A DNA stretch of 42,887 nucleotides, from the NCBI GenBank assembly GCA_046483305.1, contig JAWODM010000025.1:1-42887 (forward strand), written 5' to 3'. Within the stretch, counting starts at the first letter, position 1. Each line of letters starts with the position of its first letter. A program made the translations under genes and the position numbers. A model generated the notes under the pieces. The model was not told the origin of the DNA, ran no database searches, and saw nothing but the letters and a program-made list of their open reading frames with translations. Below, in pieces: positions 29,610-40,221 of the stretch. The DNA is from Candidatus Krumholzibacteriales bacterium. Its GTDB lineage: Bacteria; Krumholzibacteriota; Krumholzibacteriia; Krumholzibacteriales; WJIX01.

Positions 29610-31994
29610 ATGAATAAACCTGTAAAAAGCGAACTGTCTCATACCCTCAGGAAGCTTGAGTTCGGCGCCGTTCTGGAGATTATTTCAGGAAGGGCTGCTT
29701 CGGCCAGGGCGGCCGAATTCATAAAAGATATACATCCGCTGGATTCCAGGGATGACGCTCTCAGGAGACAGCGTGAGATCATGGAACTTGTTGACTTCAG
29801 GACCCGGGGCGGGGATAAGCTTCCGGTATCGGGGTGGGAGGATACCCGGGATATTCTGGAGGCGGTAATATCTGAAGGGCAGATTCTCGACTGCGAGCAG
29901 CTGGTCATAATAGCCAGGGGTGAGCAGTATGCCGGAAAGGTCAGGAAGTTTATAGAGAGCAACCGTGAACTGCTTCCGATTGCAACCGGGCGTACTTCCC
30001 GGATGAAGGTGAGCAGCGAGCTGTCCGCCCGTATCCTGTCGATAATAGATGAAGATTATCAGCTGTTGGATAACGCCAGCCCGAAGCTGAGAGAGCTCAG
30101 GCGCAGAATAACAGGGAAAAGAAGCTCTCTGCGAAAGAAGTTCGACGAATTCGCTGAACGCAGTGGAAGCTCCGGCGGCGCCGATTTTGTGACAGTGAGG
30201 GGCGGAAGGTACGTGGTATCGGTTCAGAAGGGGGGAGGCAAAACCTTCCGGGGGATAGTTCACCACCAGAGCGGGAGCGGCCAGTCAGTCTTCATCGAAC
30301 CACTGGAACTTATCGGGGAAAATAACGAGATGGAATCGCTTCTGCAGGAGGAACGCAAGGAGATTCACAGGATATTAAGGGATATCACCCGGGCGGTTTA
30401 TGAAAACAGAGAGGCGATGCTGGTCAACCAGGATACTCTCTTTATGCTGGATATTATGAATGCCGCGGCCTCTTTTGCCCTGGAGTTCGAGTGCTGCATA
30501 CCGGATCATTCATCCGGAGGAAGGATGGTGCTTAAGAATGCGAGGCACCCTCTTCTGGAGATGGAACTTAAGCTTGAAAACAGGAGTGACGATCTGGTGG
30601 GGCTTAATATGGAATGCGGAGATGATCTGAGAGTAGTGGTAATCTCCGGCCCCAACGCTGGCGGCAAGAGCGTATCGCTTAAAACCATAGGGCTTCTTAT
30701 CCTGATGGATCAGTCCGGCCTTCCGGTACCGGCCAGGCCAGGCACGGTCATTCCTGAATGCAGCGGAGTCCTGGTCGATATTGGCGACGATCAGTCGATA
30801 AAGAAGTCTCTCAGCACATTCTCCTCCAGAATAGTAAGGATAAAGAGCATAATCAGCTGCGCCGACCCCAGTTCGGTGGTGCTGATCGATGAAATCGGAG
30901 ACGGCACTTCCCATGAGGAAGGGGAGGTTCTGGCGGAGGCGGTCCTGGAAAAGCTTACCGGCATATCAGGAAGGATATTTGTCACCACTCACTTTACCTC
31001 TCTGAAGAGCTGGGCTTACGAGAGAGAAGAAGCGGAAAACGCCACTCTGGAGTTCGATCCGGATAACCTGAAGCCTCTGTACAGGATGAAGCTGGGCATC
31101 CCCGGCCGCAGCTGGGGGATAGAGACAGCCGCCAGGCTTGGAATCGGCCAAGACCTGGTCCGAAGCGCCAGGAAGAGGCTGAAGAGCGGATCCCGCAGCC
31201 TGGAAGGGCTTCTTGCCGAACTGGAAAAGAAGAGAGAACAGCTGGACAGGCAGCTGGAGACAGCTGAGAGTGAGAGGGAGAGGATGGCCGGCCTGGCAGC
31301 TGAATACAGAGAGAAACTTGAGGAGTTCGAAGAGAACAGAAGAGAGCTGGAAGATCAGGCCAGAAAGGAAGCCCTGGAGATTATTTCGGGAGCCGGGGCT
31401 GAGATCGAAAAACTGGTCAGTTCGATAAAGTCTTCACAGGCATCCGCTGATTCCATAAAAGAGGCCCGGTCCAGTCTGAGGGACAGGAAAGAGGAGCTGG
31501 AAAGGAAGATAAGAGAGAGTGAGAAGCGGGACCGGCGGCCCGTTCCGGAACGGGTTGAACCGGGGATGCGGGTCAGGATTTCAAGCCTGGGCAAGACTGG
31601 GAAAGTTGTTTCTGTGGACGGCCCGGAACGTATTTTTGTGGAACTTGAGGGCGGGATCAAGGTAGAAACAGACAGGGAGAACCTTACGGCAGCTCCCGGC
31701 CATAAGAAGAAGAGGAGAAAGGTCAGCTGGACTGCCTCAGTTGCCGAGCCTGTGAAGCCTGAGATAATGGTCAGGGGGATGGTTAAGGCGGACGCCCTGG
31801 AGCTGATAGACCGGTATATCGACCAGGCGGTGCTTCAGGGGGTGGAGACTGTAAGGATTATTCACGGCATAGGCGAGGGAGTGCTGAGGAAAGCTATTTA
31901 CGAAAACTTGAAGGATGATCCAAGAATAGCGGATATAAATCCCGGTGAACCTGCGTTCGGCGGGGACGGGGTGGCGGTAGTGAAATTAAAATAA
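29610..31994 (+). CDS. mutS2: MutS2 family protein (ATPase plus C-terminal Smr domain)
   Basis: S.SGQSVFIEP, ARHPLL, GPNAGGKS, DIGDDQSI..SLSTFS, IDEIG.GT, IIHGIG.GVLR, GGDG. Confidence 0.94.
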   Translation: MNKPVKSELSHTLRKLEFGAVLEIISGRAASARAAEFIKDIHPLDSRDDALRRQREIMELVDFRTRGGDKLPVSGWEDTRDILEAVISEGQILDCEQLVIIARGEQYAGKVRKFIESNRELLPIATGRTSRMKVSSELSARILSIIDEDYQLLDNASPKLRELRRRITGKRSSLRKKFDEFAERSGSSGGADFVTVRGGRYVVSVQKGGGKTFRGIVHHQSGSGQSVFIEPLELIGENNEMESLLQEERKEIHRILRDITRAVYENREAMLVNQDTLFMLDIMNAAASFALEFECCIPDHSSGGRMVLKNARHPLLEMELKLENRSDDLVGLNMECGDDLRVVVISGPNAGGKSVSLKTIGLLILMDQSGLPVPARPGTVIPECSGVLVDIGDDQSIKKSLSTFSSRIVRIKSIISCADPSSVVLIDEIGDGTSHEEGEVLAEAVLEKLTGISGRIFVTTHFTSLKSWAYEREEAENATLEFDPDNLKPLYRMKLGIPGRSWGIETAARLGIGQDLVRSARKRLKSGSRSLEGLLAELEKKREQLDRQLETAESERERMAGLAAEYREKLEEFEENRRELEDQARKEALEIISGAGAEIEKLVSSIKSSQASADSIKEARSSLRDRKEELERKIRESEKRDRRPVPERVEPGMRVRISSLGKTGKVVSVDGPERIFVELEGGIKVETDRENLTAAPGHKKKRRKVSWTASVAEPVKPEIMVRGMVKADALELIDRYIDQAVLQGVETVRIIHGIGEGVLRKAIYENLKDDPRIADINPGEPAFGGDGVAVVKLK

Positions 31995-32103
31995 ATTCTG
32001 TTTGTCCGGGCCCGGATTATTTGTATCTTGATAAATAACTGTTATATTAATCCGCAGGGCTTGTACCGCTATTCAGGTTTATGCTGACAGGTGATATTTT
32101 CGA

Positions 32104-33882
32104 ATGATACCTCCAGAAAAAATTGATGAAATAAGGGAGAAAACAGATATAATCGAGTTGGTTGACTCCCTGATCGATCTGAAGAAGGCGGGCAGGAATT
32201 TCAAGGCCCTGTGCCCGTTTCACCATGAAAAAACACCCAGTTTCGTAGTCAGCCCCGAGAAGCAGATATACCGCTGCTTCGGGTGCGGCAAGGGGGGGAA
32301 TGTTTTCGGGTTCCTGATGGAGTACGAAGGAATCAGCTTCGTAGAGGCGGTTAAGAGGCTGGCCGATAAGGCGGGTATAAATATAGAGAAATATATCGGC
32401 AGGGGGGGGAGCCGGAGGAAACTGGACCCGTTCTATCATGCCATGGAATTTGCGGGAGATTATTACCGGAAAAACCTGAAGAAGAGCAAGCTGAGCAGGC
32501 ATGCGCTTGATTACCTCAGGAAGAGGGGCCTGGACAGGGAAATAATTGACTATTTCAAGCTCGGCCTGGCTCCTCCGGGCTGGGATAATCTCTACCGGGC
32601 GGCGGCCGGGGCGGGGATCGACAGAGAGATTATGATGAAACTCAAACTGGTCCTAAGAAGCAGAGGGGGAAGCGGTTACCGCGATTACTTCAGAAACCGT
32701 TTGATATTCCCGGTATTTAATGTAACCGGAAGAATAGTGGGCCTGGCCGGACGCGTGCTGGACAGCTCCGAACCTAAATACCTGAACACCGTGGAAAGTC
32801 CCGTATACTCAAAGGGCAGGATTCTCTACGGCCTGAATTTTTCCAGAGACTATATAAGAAAAAGTAAAAGTGCTATTCTGGTAGAGGGTTACATGGATCT
32901 ACTGATGCTGTGGAAGGCCGGTTTCAGGAACGTTTGCGCGGTTTGCGGCACATCTTTTACCCCGGAGCAGTCACGATTACTTGCGAGATACGCAAAACGT
33001 ATATATATTATTAATGATGGAGACAGAGCGGGTGTGAAAGCTGCGGTGAGAGCTGCGGACCAATTGTTAATCGAGGGCCTGGAGCCCAGAATAGTTGTTT
33101 TACCGGAGGGAGAGGACCCGGATAGTTTTGTTAAGAGCAGAGGGGCCGAGCAGTTAAAGGATCTCATCCGGTCATCGTCGGATTATTTCAGATACATGCG
33201 CTCAGTGGCTGGTGACGGTGATGAGAACAGGTTCCGGAGAGGGCAGGTTATAAAGCACCTGGTCAGTACTGTTTCCGGGATTGAGAACAGTGTAGACAGG
33301 GACCTTTGCCTTCAGGATATATCAGAGCTATTCGACATACCGGTAAAGAATCTTCGTGATCAGGTCAGGAAAGGCAAAAAGGGCAGGAACAGAGAGCAGC
33401 TACATACCAATTTTCGCGATAAAGCTGGAGAGAACGAAAAACTCCTTTTCCGGTTGGGACTGGAGAGAAGCGAGTTTGCGGAGAAGATACTGGAAAACCT
33501 CCTGGAAGATGACCTGGAGGGGGAGCTTTTGCGAAAGTATTTCCATATTTTCAGAGAGGCGGTCGAAGATGGTATCGAAGTCAAGAACGCTGAATTCTTC
33601 GGCAGAATCAGTGATTCGGAAGTTGCCGAACTCGCCGCTGAGATTGCCTTTATGGATATACCGCCGGACCCGGGAGCTAAACTTCTTGAAGATACGCTGC
33701 TGTGGGTTAAGAGGCACGCTTTGAGAAAAGAGATGGAGATGATGAAGGAGAGGATCGAGTCGCTGAAGGACGATCCCGGTGCCGGGGACAGCCGCGAATC
33801 CATCGAAATCGCCGAGGCGTACCGCAGAGTTGCCAGTGAACTGAAGAACCTAGGGTTGCAAGGAGGGAAATCACTTCGATGA
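32104..33882 (+). CDS. dnaG: DNA primase
   Basis: CHC2 zinc finger CPFH.EKTPSF...[30 protein letters not shown]. Confidence 0.96.
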   Translation: MIPPEKIDEIREKTDIIELVDSLIDLKKAGRNFKALCPFHHEKTPSFVVSPEKQIYRCFGCGKGGNVFGFLMEYEGISFVEAVKRLADKAGINIEKYIGRGGSRRKLDPFYHAMEFAGDYYRKNLKKSKLSRHALDYLRKRGLDREIIDYFKLGLAPPGWDNLYRAAAGAGIDREIMMKLKLVLRSRGGSGYRDYFRNRLIFPVFNVTGRIVGLAGRVLDSSEPKYLNTVESPVYSKGRILYGLNFSRDYIRKSKSAILVEGYMDLLMLWKAGFRNVCAVCGTSFTPEQSRLLARYAKRIYIINDGDRAGVKAAVRAADQLLIEGLEPRIVVLPEGEDPDSFVKSRGAEQLKDLIRSSSDYFRYMRSVAGDGDENRFRRGQVIKHLVSTVSGIENSVDRDLCLQDISELFDIPVKNLRDQVRKGKKGRNREQLHTNFRDKAGENEKLLFRLGLERSEFAEKILENLLEDDLEGELLRKYFHIFREAVEDGIEVKNAEFFGRISDSEVAELAAEIAFMDIPPDPGAKLLEDTLLWVKRHALRKEMEMMKERIESLKDDPGAGDSRESIEIAEAYRRVASELKNLGLQGGKSLR

Positions 33883-35627
33883 GTAAAACCAGACTGAATA
33901 AAGCAATCAGAAAAATAGAGGAAATCCATGAAAAGAAGGGTTTTATCCTCAACGAAGAGATTAATGAAATCATAGGCGGAGGGCTTGGTGTGGATGAAAT
34001 TGTGATGCTTTATGAACGTCTGAGCGAAGACGGGATGGAATTCTTTGAGAGCAGGAAGAAGGCTGCTCTGAAACTTAAGGCCAAGGATAAGAGGAAGAAG
34101 AAAGAAGATGATAAAAAGAAGAAATTATTCAAGAGCAAGGTGAAGTACGACGATCCTGTCAGGATGTACCTTCGTGAGATGGGCAAGGTTTCACTCCTGG
34201 ACAGGGAGGGTGAGATAAGGATTGCAAAACAGATAGAATCAGGTAATAACATGGTTCTAAACACCCTTTTCAGCATGCCCATGCTTACCGTGGAACTTGA
34301 AAGATTTGTGGAAAAGCTCGAAACAGAAGAGATGAAACTCAATAAGATAATAAAGATGGATACAGGGGGGCTTCACCCGCATGTAATCGGCAAACGGAAG
34401 AAGGATAAATATCTCAAGTTAATGAAAGAAACCATCAAGCTTCGAAAGAAGAGAGAGGATCTGCAGGGACGGCTGAAGAAGAGGCTCACCAGGAAGAAGA
34501 AAGAAGAGGCCGAGAAGAAACTGGAAAGTATAAATAAACGGCTGAAGGCCAACCATAAGAAGCTGAATCTGCATAAGGATCAGGTGGAGAGAATAGTTGA
34601 ACGGCTGAGAGAAGTTAATAAGCATCTGAAGACTCTTAACAGGCAGATAGAAGAATATGAAAAATTTGCCGGAATGGATTACACCGAGATAAATTCCGCG
34701 GTGAAGATTCTCAAGGGTAAGGGGAAAAAGAAGCAGCAACTCAAGAAGAAAATAAACTGGAATCTGGAGAATCTCAAGGATTTCCAGAAAAAAATAAGGG
34801 ATCTGAGAAGCGAGATACGGCAGATAGAGAATGAGCACTGCGTGGAATGCGAACCTCTCAGCGATGCGGTAAAGAAGATCAGAAAAGGAGAGATGATCGC
34901 CGAAAGAGCCAGACAGGAAATGATAGAAGCGAACGTCCGGCTGGTTATCTCCATAGCCAAGAGATACACCAACCGGGGCCTTGAATTTCTCGACCTGATA
35001 CAGGAGGGGAACAGCGGCCTGATGAGGGCGGTGGAAAAGTTTAATTACCGCAAGGGTTACAAATTCAGTACCTACGCGACCTGGTGGATCAGGCAGGCCA
35101 TTACCAGGGCTATTGCTGACCAGGCAAGAACCATCAGGGTGCCGGTTCACATGATAGAGGCGATTAACAAGGTTTCTCGCACCCGGAGGGAACTGCAGCA
35201 GACTTACGGCCGGATTCCGACACCCGAAGAAGTTGCAAAGGAGCTGCGTTTCCCGGTCAAGAAGGTAAAAAGTATTATCAAAGCGAGCAAGGAGCCCATA
35301 TCTCTGGACAGGCCGGTCGGCGACGATGACGACAGCAAGTTAAGCGACTTCCTTGAAGATTCGGAATCGATCTCCCCGGACCGCAGCGCCGCTCACTCCA
35401 TGCTGAGTGACCGGGTGGCCAAAGTGCTGGCAACCCTGACTCCCCGTGAAGAGAAGGTGATCAGGCTCAGGTTCGGGCTGGGCGACGGCACACCCCGCAC
35501 CCTCGAAGAGGTCGGCAAGATATTCAAGGTCACCAGGGAGAGGGTCAGGCAGATCGAGGCCAAGGCGCTTCGAAAGCTGATGCACCCCAGCAGAAGCAGG
35601 AAGCTGCAGGGTTATATAGATGTCTGA
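33879..35627 (+). CDS. rpoD: RNA polymerase primary sigma factor
   Basis: [58 protein letters not shown] overlap with dnaG. Confidence 0.97.
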   Translation: MSKTRLNKAIRKIEEIHEKKGFILNEEINEIIGGGLGVDEIVMLYERLSEDGMEFFESRKKAALKLKAKDKRKKKEDDKKKKLFKSKVKYDDPVRMYLREMGKVSLLDREGEIRIAKQIESGNNMVLNTLFSMPMLTVELERFVEKLETEEMKLNKIIKMDTGGLHPHVIGKRKKDKYLKLMKETIKLRKKREDLQGRLKKRLTRKKKEEAEKKLESINKRLKANHKKLNLHKDQVERIVERLREVNKHLKTLNRQIEEYEKFAGMDYTEINSAVKILKGKGKKKQQLKKKINWNLENLKDFQKKIRDLRSEIRQIENEHCVECEPLSDAVKKIRKGEMIAERARQEMIEANVRLVISIAKRYTNRGLEFLDLIQEGNSGLMRAVEKFNYRKGYKFSTYATWWIRQAITRAIADQARTIRVPVHMIEAINKVSRTRRELQQTYGRIPTPEEVAKELRFPVKKVKSIIKASKEPISLDRPVGDDDDSKLSDFLEDSESISPDRSAAHSMLSDRVAKVLATLTPREEKVIRLRFGLGDGTPRTLEEVGKIFKVTRERVRQIEAKALRKLMHPSRSRKLQGYIDV

Positions 35628-35692
35628 CCTCTCTGTAATAAATAGGTTGATTAATTCCGGGACAGGTGTTAGATTAATTTCTGATTAAATCA

Positions 35693-35767
35693 GGGCCCAT
35701 AGCTCAGTGGTAGAGCTCCCGGCTCATAACCGGTCGGTCATAGGTTCGAATCCTATTGGGCCCACCA
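35693..35767 (+). tRNA. tRNA with CAU anticodon, most likely tRNA-Ile2 (lysidine type)
   Basis: GGGCCCA/TGGGCCC acceptor, loop CTCATAA, GGTTCGAATCC, ACCA end. No C1:A72 mismatch or triple G-C anticodon stem of an initiator. Position after rpoD is typical of ileX. Confidence 0.9.
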
Positions 35768-35967
35768 TACTCTTTCCCCCAAAGGGCTTTAATAAAGATA
35801 ATAATTTCGGCTTGAAGATTGCTGTTCTAATATGCAACGGTATACAAATTCCGGGGCAGGAACCGCATATTCCCGGAGTATGGGAGCATATACAGGGAAA
35901 TCGCCATTATCGCGCAACTCGCTGTATTGCAACATATAAAGAGGATATTGCATATTTGGAGGTTTTT

Positions 35968-37026
35968 ATGAGCAGCAAAGTGAGAAATATTCTGCTGGCC
36001 CTTATGATAGTGTTTATTATTTATTTCGAGATACATTCCTGTTCAGAGGATAACGTGGTAATGCCCGGACCGGAGTCAATCCAGAACTGCGTACTGAACG
36101 CCAATGACCTGTATTTTATAAGTTCCAGCGAGGGTTGGATAGTGGGCCAGGAGGGAACTGTTGCCAGGACGACCGATGGCGGTGACAGCTGGGAACCAGA
36201 GGTGATAGATAGCGTGAACCTGAACAGTGTTTATTTCGTGGACAGTATGAACGGATGGGTGGTTGGCGAGAACAGTTCAGTGTACCGGAGTACTGATGGG
36301 GGAACCAGCTGGCAGAAACTCAGTCCCAACGGCCTGCCCGGAGGGGATTTCCTGGCCGAAGTTCATTTCTTCGATGAAATGACCGGCTATATACTGGGAC
36401 GGCAGGGCCTTTACAAGACAGTTGACGGCGGTTTGAACTGGCATAATAACTGGCTCCCCATTGATCAGAGCAAGGGGGCCTGGGATTTTTCCATGGTCGA
36501 TCCGGAAATGATGTTTCTGCTGGGGTCGAGATGGAATCTGCCCGATCCCGAACTGCTTTATACTTCCGGCGACGGGGCGGAAAGCTGGGAAAAGATAGAA
36601 GGAACAAATTATTCAGTTCTTGAAGGTATAATGACCATATGCTTCGTAAATGAGAATACCGGCTGGGGAGCGGGCTCCCTGATAATGAAAACCGAAGACG
36701 GGGGCAGGAGCTGGACTACCCAGAAAGAATCCGCCACTGTAAGAGAGATTGCTTTCATAGATGAGAACAGGGGATTCGCGGTGGGAAGCAATAAGATCTG
36801 CGCCACTTTCGACGGAGGGGAAACCTGGGCTGGAATACTTGAAAATGATGAAAGAATAGTCGACCTGAGAGGGATTCATTTTCTCGATGAGAATTACGGC
36901 TGGGTAACCGGAAGAGGACGTGAACAGGTAATCGGCGGAATATCCTCCAGGAATTCGGTGCTGATCAGCACCACCGACGGAGGGGAGACCTGGAAAATCA
37001 GGGAGCTCCACTGGGAGATTCAATAG
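35968..37026 (+). CDS. YCF48/BNR-repeat beta-propeller, probable lipoprotein or exported protein
   Basis: Repeated F.D...GW.VG..G....T.DGG.SW; hydrophobic leader followed by HSC; ATG 35968 follows GGAGG. Confidence 0.88.
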   Translation: MSSKVRNILLALMIVFIIYFEIHSCSEDNVVMPGPESIQNCVLNANDLYFISSSEGWIVGQEGTVARTTDGGDSWEPEVIDSVNLNSVYFVDSMNGWVVGENSSVYRSTDGGTSWQKLSPNGLPGGDFLAEVHFFDEMTGYILGRQGLYKTVDGGLNWHNNWLPIDQSKGAWDFSMVDPEMMFLLGSRWNLPDPELLYTSGDGAESWEKIEGTNYSVLEGIMTICFVNENTGWGAGSLIMKTEDGGRSWTTQKESATVREIAFIDENRGFAVGSNKICATFDGGETWAGILENDERIVDLRGIHFLDENYGWVTGRGREQVIGGISSRNSVLISTTDGGETWKIRELHWEIQ

Positions 37027-37045
37027 ATCCTGCCCGGCGATATTA

Positions 37046-37074
37046 TTGCCAATCCGTTTCTGATAGAGTATAAT
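37046..37074 (+). promoter_or_regulatory. Sigma70-type promoter for the DUF1684 gene
   Basis: TTGCCA, 17 nt, TATAAT. Confidence 0.6.
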
Positions 37075-37169
37075 TACCGTCTGAGGGGCTGTGAGAGCCC
37101 CGCCAATCGATTAAATAACAGTTATGGGCCCGGCCCCGAAGGCCTGCGTTCCGTTCTGCGGGAGACAGC

Positions 37170-38096
37170 ATGACGATATTATCAGGTATTAACAGGATAT
37201 TTGCCGCTTTTCTTCTATCTTTAACCCTGCTTATTTCCGCATGCGGCCCAGGAGGTTCTGATGGAAGTTCCAATGAATTTGAGAGAAGGGAAATGTCCTG
37301 GAGGAAGAGCAGGGAAAGCGCAATGCGGGACTCAACCAGCTGGCTTACCATAGCGGGCCTGTTCTGGCTGGAGCAGGGCCGCAACAGTTTCGGTTCCTCC
37401 GGGGATAATCAGATCACCCTTCCCCGGCACTCGGCGCCCGCTTATGCCGGAGAGTTGATATTGCAGAATGGCCGGGTTCATTTGAAGGCTGCCGGGGGTG
37501 CCGGAATTACCCTGCGGGGAAAGCCGGTGAGTTCCGCGGATCTGATATCGGACGCCGGGGGTGAACCTGACCGGTTTCAGATGGGGGGGCTCCGGATGTG
37601 GATTATTGATAGAGGAGGGAGAAAGGCGCTCAGGGTAAGGGACTTCAGAGCGAAGCGGTTCAGTGAATTCGAAAAACTCTCTTTTTATCCGCCCGATCCC
37701 GATTACAGAGTGACAGGCAGGTTTGTTCCCCATGATACGGCGAAGTCAATCATGCTTTCGACGGTAGCCGGCACCGAAACGGAAATCGCTTCTCCCGGAA
37801 AGGTCATTTTCAGTCTGAAGAACAAGGAGCTTGCCCTGGTTCTTCTGGAAGGAGCAGAGAAGAGTTATTTCATCATATTCAGGGACGAAACCAGCGGGAA
37901 TGAAACCTACGGGGCCTGCAGGTATATGAGCGCCGGAAAATCTGGAGAACGGAAGGTAGAATTGAATTTTAACCACGCGGTTAATCCTCCCTGTGCCTAT
38001 ACGCCTTATGCCACCTGCCCGCTCCCGCCGCCGGAAAATATTCTGCCTGTCAGGATAGAAGCAGGCGAAAAGAAGTATCCCGGAGGAGGGCATTGA
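37170..38096 (+). CDS. DUF1684 family lipoprotein
   Basis: Lipobox-like ISAC, WL..AGL.WL, F.D.TSG.ETYGA.RY, FN.A.NPPCAYTPYATCPLPP.EN.L...IEAGEK. Confidence 0.9.
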   Translation: MTILSGINRIFAAFLLSLTLLISACGPGGSDGSSNEFERREMSWRKSRESAMRDSTSWLTIAGLFWLEQGRNSFGSSGDNQITLPRHSAPAYAGELILQNGRVHLKAAGGAGITLRGKPVSSADLISDAGGEPDRFQMGGLRMWIIDRGGRKALRVRDFRAKRFSEFEKLSFYPPDPDYRVTGRFVPHDTAKSIMLSTVAGTETEIASPGKVIFSLKNKELALVLLEGAEKSYFIIFRDETSGNETYGACRYMSAGKSGERKVELNFNHAVNPPCAYTPYATCPLPPPENILPVRIEAGEKKYPGGGH

Positions 38097-38129
38097 GAAG
38101 CGAATGCCGCGTTACAGTGTAAATGAGAA

Positions 38130-38597
38130 TTAAAGAAATGGACCCAGCAGGCTGAGAATGTTTTCCAGAGGCCCTGCATCATTCTCATCGAACTGTTCCA
38201 GGCTATCCGAGTCTATATCCAGAACCGCAATCACCTTTCCTTCCTTTATCACCGGGATCGCTATTTCGCTCCTGGAGCGCGGATCACAATCGATGTGCCC
38301 GGGGAACTTTTTCACATCGGGAACCACCACCGGCTTCGCTGTCCTCGCGCAGTGAAGGCAGACACCTCTTCCCTGGAGCACCTGACAGGCCGGCGGGCCC
38401 TGGTACGGGCCCACATGAAGCTCGTCTTCTGAAACTACGAAATAGAAACCGGTCCAGAAATGGTGTGGCATCTTGGCATGAAGAAGAGCGCATATGGTAG
38501 CCATCGCCGGGACAAGCCCCGGTGATTTATCCTTTATCAGCTCCTCAAGCTGACGGTGTATTCTGCTGTAACGCCCGAGTCTCGTCTTATCAGCCAT
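38130..38597 (-). CDS. GAF domain protein, free methionine-R-sulfoxide reductase (MsrC/YebR) family
   Basis: WTGFY, GPYQGPPAC, GVC, DV..FPGHIDCD..S.SEI.IP, LDIDS. Confidence 0.88.
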   Translation of the reverse strand: MADKTRLGRYSRIHRQLEELIKDKSPGLVPAMATICALLHAKMPHHFWTGFYFVVSEDELHVGPYQGPPACQVLQGRGVCLHCARTAKPVVVPDVKKFPGHIDCDPRSRSEIAIPVIKEGKVIAVLDIDSDSLEQFDENDAGPLENILSLLGPFL

Positions 38598-38812
38598 CTG
38601 CCCTTCCTTTCGTGGGTAAGATGAGATTAATTACGTTCAGATAATAAAAGATATCAGTCAACCGGTCAATCGCAGGTTTGCATATGATCTGTATTTGAAT
38701 CCGGCGTGTGAATATTTGTTAAATTTCTTCTGTTATTAATTTGTTAAATCGTTTAGTCTGAAGCACAGAAGAACGTGTTCAGAAGCGCTGAAATAAGAAA
38801 GGAGTGACACGA

Positions 38813-39022
38813 ATGGGAGAGAGTGTATATAAGATAATCGAGCTGGTGGGAACCAGCACCGAATCATGGGAAAAAGCGGCGGCTGCCGCGGTCAATAAGG
38901 CTTCCGAAAGCCTGCGGGATCTCAGGATCGCGGAGATCGTCAAGCTGGATATGCACCTTGAGGAAGGTAAAATAGCCCAGTACCGCGCCAAGGTTAAGGT
39001 GTCTTTCAAGTACCAGGAATAA
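38813..39022 (+). CDS. Dodecin family flavin-binding protein
   Basis: SVYKIIELVGTSTESWEKAA...YRAKVKVSFKY; ATG 38813 after GGAG. Confidence 0.93.
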   Translation: MGESVYKIIELVGTSTESWEKAAAAAVNKASESLRDLRIAEIVKLDMHLEEGKIAQYRAKVKVSFKYQE

Positions 39023-39075
39023 GTCCGGCGGACGGCGGGAAAGGAAATTCTGTTTCCAGCATCAGGAGGTTACTT

Positions 39076-39660
39076 ATGAAAAAGTCAATAGGACTGCACC
39101 CCTTGGCGTTTCCCGCCCCGGTATGGGTTGTGGGTACGTATGACAGGGATGGCCGGCCGGACATGATGACAGCCGCCTGGGCTGGAGTATGCTGTTCGGA
39201 TCCTCCCTGCGTTTCGGTGTCGGTCCGCCCCTCCAGGTATACATATGACAATATAACTCTGCAGAAATGCTTTACCGTGAATCTGCCCCCATCTGAGTAT
39301 GTAAATGAAACAGACTATTTCGGGCTGACTTCCGGTAGAGAAATTGATAAGGTTGCCGCAGCACAGCTTACCGCGGTCAGGGGCAAGCTGGTAAACGCTC
39401 CCGTAATTGAGGAATTTCCTCTGATAATGGAGTGCCGGCTGAAAAAGCAGGTAAAGATAGGGTCCCACACCGAATTCATCGGAGAGATCCTCGACATCAG
39501 GATTGATGAGAGTTACCTGAATCCGGATGGAGAAGTTGAAGCTGAAAAAACAGGTTTTTTCGTGCTGTTCAACGGCTACCGGTCCATTAACGGGCTGGTC
39601 GGCGATCCATATTCGGCCGGAAAGAAGCTTTGCCCTGAGCAATCTCCGGATGGAGGATAA
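39076..39660 (+). CDS. Flavin reductase-like (flavoredoxin-type) FMN-binding protein
   Basis: P.PV.VVGT, MT.AW.G.CCS.PP, FTVNLP, G..SGR..DK, AP.IEEFP..MEC, GSH..FIGEI. Confidence 0.9.
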   Translation: MKKSIGLHPLAFPAPVWVVGTYDRDGRPDMMTAAWAGVCCSDPPCVSVSVRPSRYTYDNITLQKCFTVNLPPSEYVNETDYFGLTSGREIDKVAAAQLTAVRGKLVNAPVIEEFPLIMECRLKKQVKIGSHTEFIGEILDIRIDESYLNPDGEVEAEKTGFFVLFNGYRSINGLVGDPYSAGKKLCPEQSPDGG

Positions 39661-39663
39661 GCC

Positions 39664-40176
39664 GTGGCAGTGAAACCGGTTCTGTTTTTCGGTAATGAAC
39701 TGCTGAGGTCAGAATCAAAGCCGATCGATTTCAGCAACGAGGATCCATCCGAATGCATTCGGGACCTGAGGGATACACTTCATGCGCTGCAGAAGGAAAA
39801 GGGGCTGGGGCGGGCGCTGGCGGCGCCCCAGATAGGTTGCCTGAAGAGGGTCATCTATATGGATACCGGGGACAGGCAGATATCGATGATCAATCCCCTG
39901 CTCCTGGCCCGCTCCTCCGACTTCATGGAAGTCTGGGATAGTTGTTTCAGCGCTGATCTGGCCTTTTTCGGTAAGGTCACCCGCCACAGAAAGATCGCGG
40001 TTTCATATCTGAATGAGAGGGGAGAGCGCCTGGTAGAGGAATTCGATTACGGTATGTCAGAGCTATTTCAGCACGAGATCGATCATCTGGAGGGGATACT
40101 TTTCATCGACCGTCTGATCGGCAATAATATTATCATGAGGCAGGAATGGGAGAAGATGAGGGCCGGTAAATATTGA
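39664..40176 (+). CDS. def: Peptide deformylase-like protein (atypical motifs)
   Basis: LAAPQIG, INP, DSCFS in place of EGCLS, QHEIDHLEGILFIDR. Confidence 0.82.
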   Translation: MAVKPVLFFGNELLRSESKPIDFSNEDPSECIRDLRDTLHALQKEKGLGRALAAPQIGCLKRVIYMDTGDRQISMINPLLLARSSDFMEVWDSCFSADLAFFGKVTRHRKIAVSYLNERGERLVEEFDYGMSELFQHEIDHLEGILFIDRLIGNNIIMRQEWEKMRAGKY

Positions 40177-40221
40177 CTGGAACGTACCGGTCCCGAATGT
40201 CAGCGGATGAAAGGAACTCTT

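Noticed and set aside
35780..35960. Possible riboswitch or sigma54 promoter upstream of the YCF48-like gene (several TTGCA)
   Set aside because: No correctly spaced GG-N10-GC with TGGCAC context and no recognisable aptamer consensus.
35707..35967. N-terminal extension of the 439-aa ORF
   Set aside because: It begins inside the tRNA. The real start is ATG 35968, with a GGAGG RBS and a signal-like leader.
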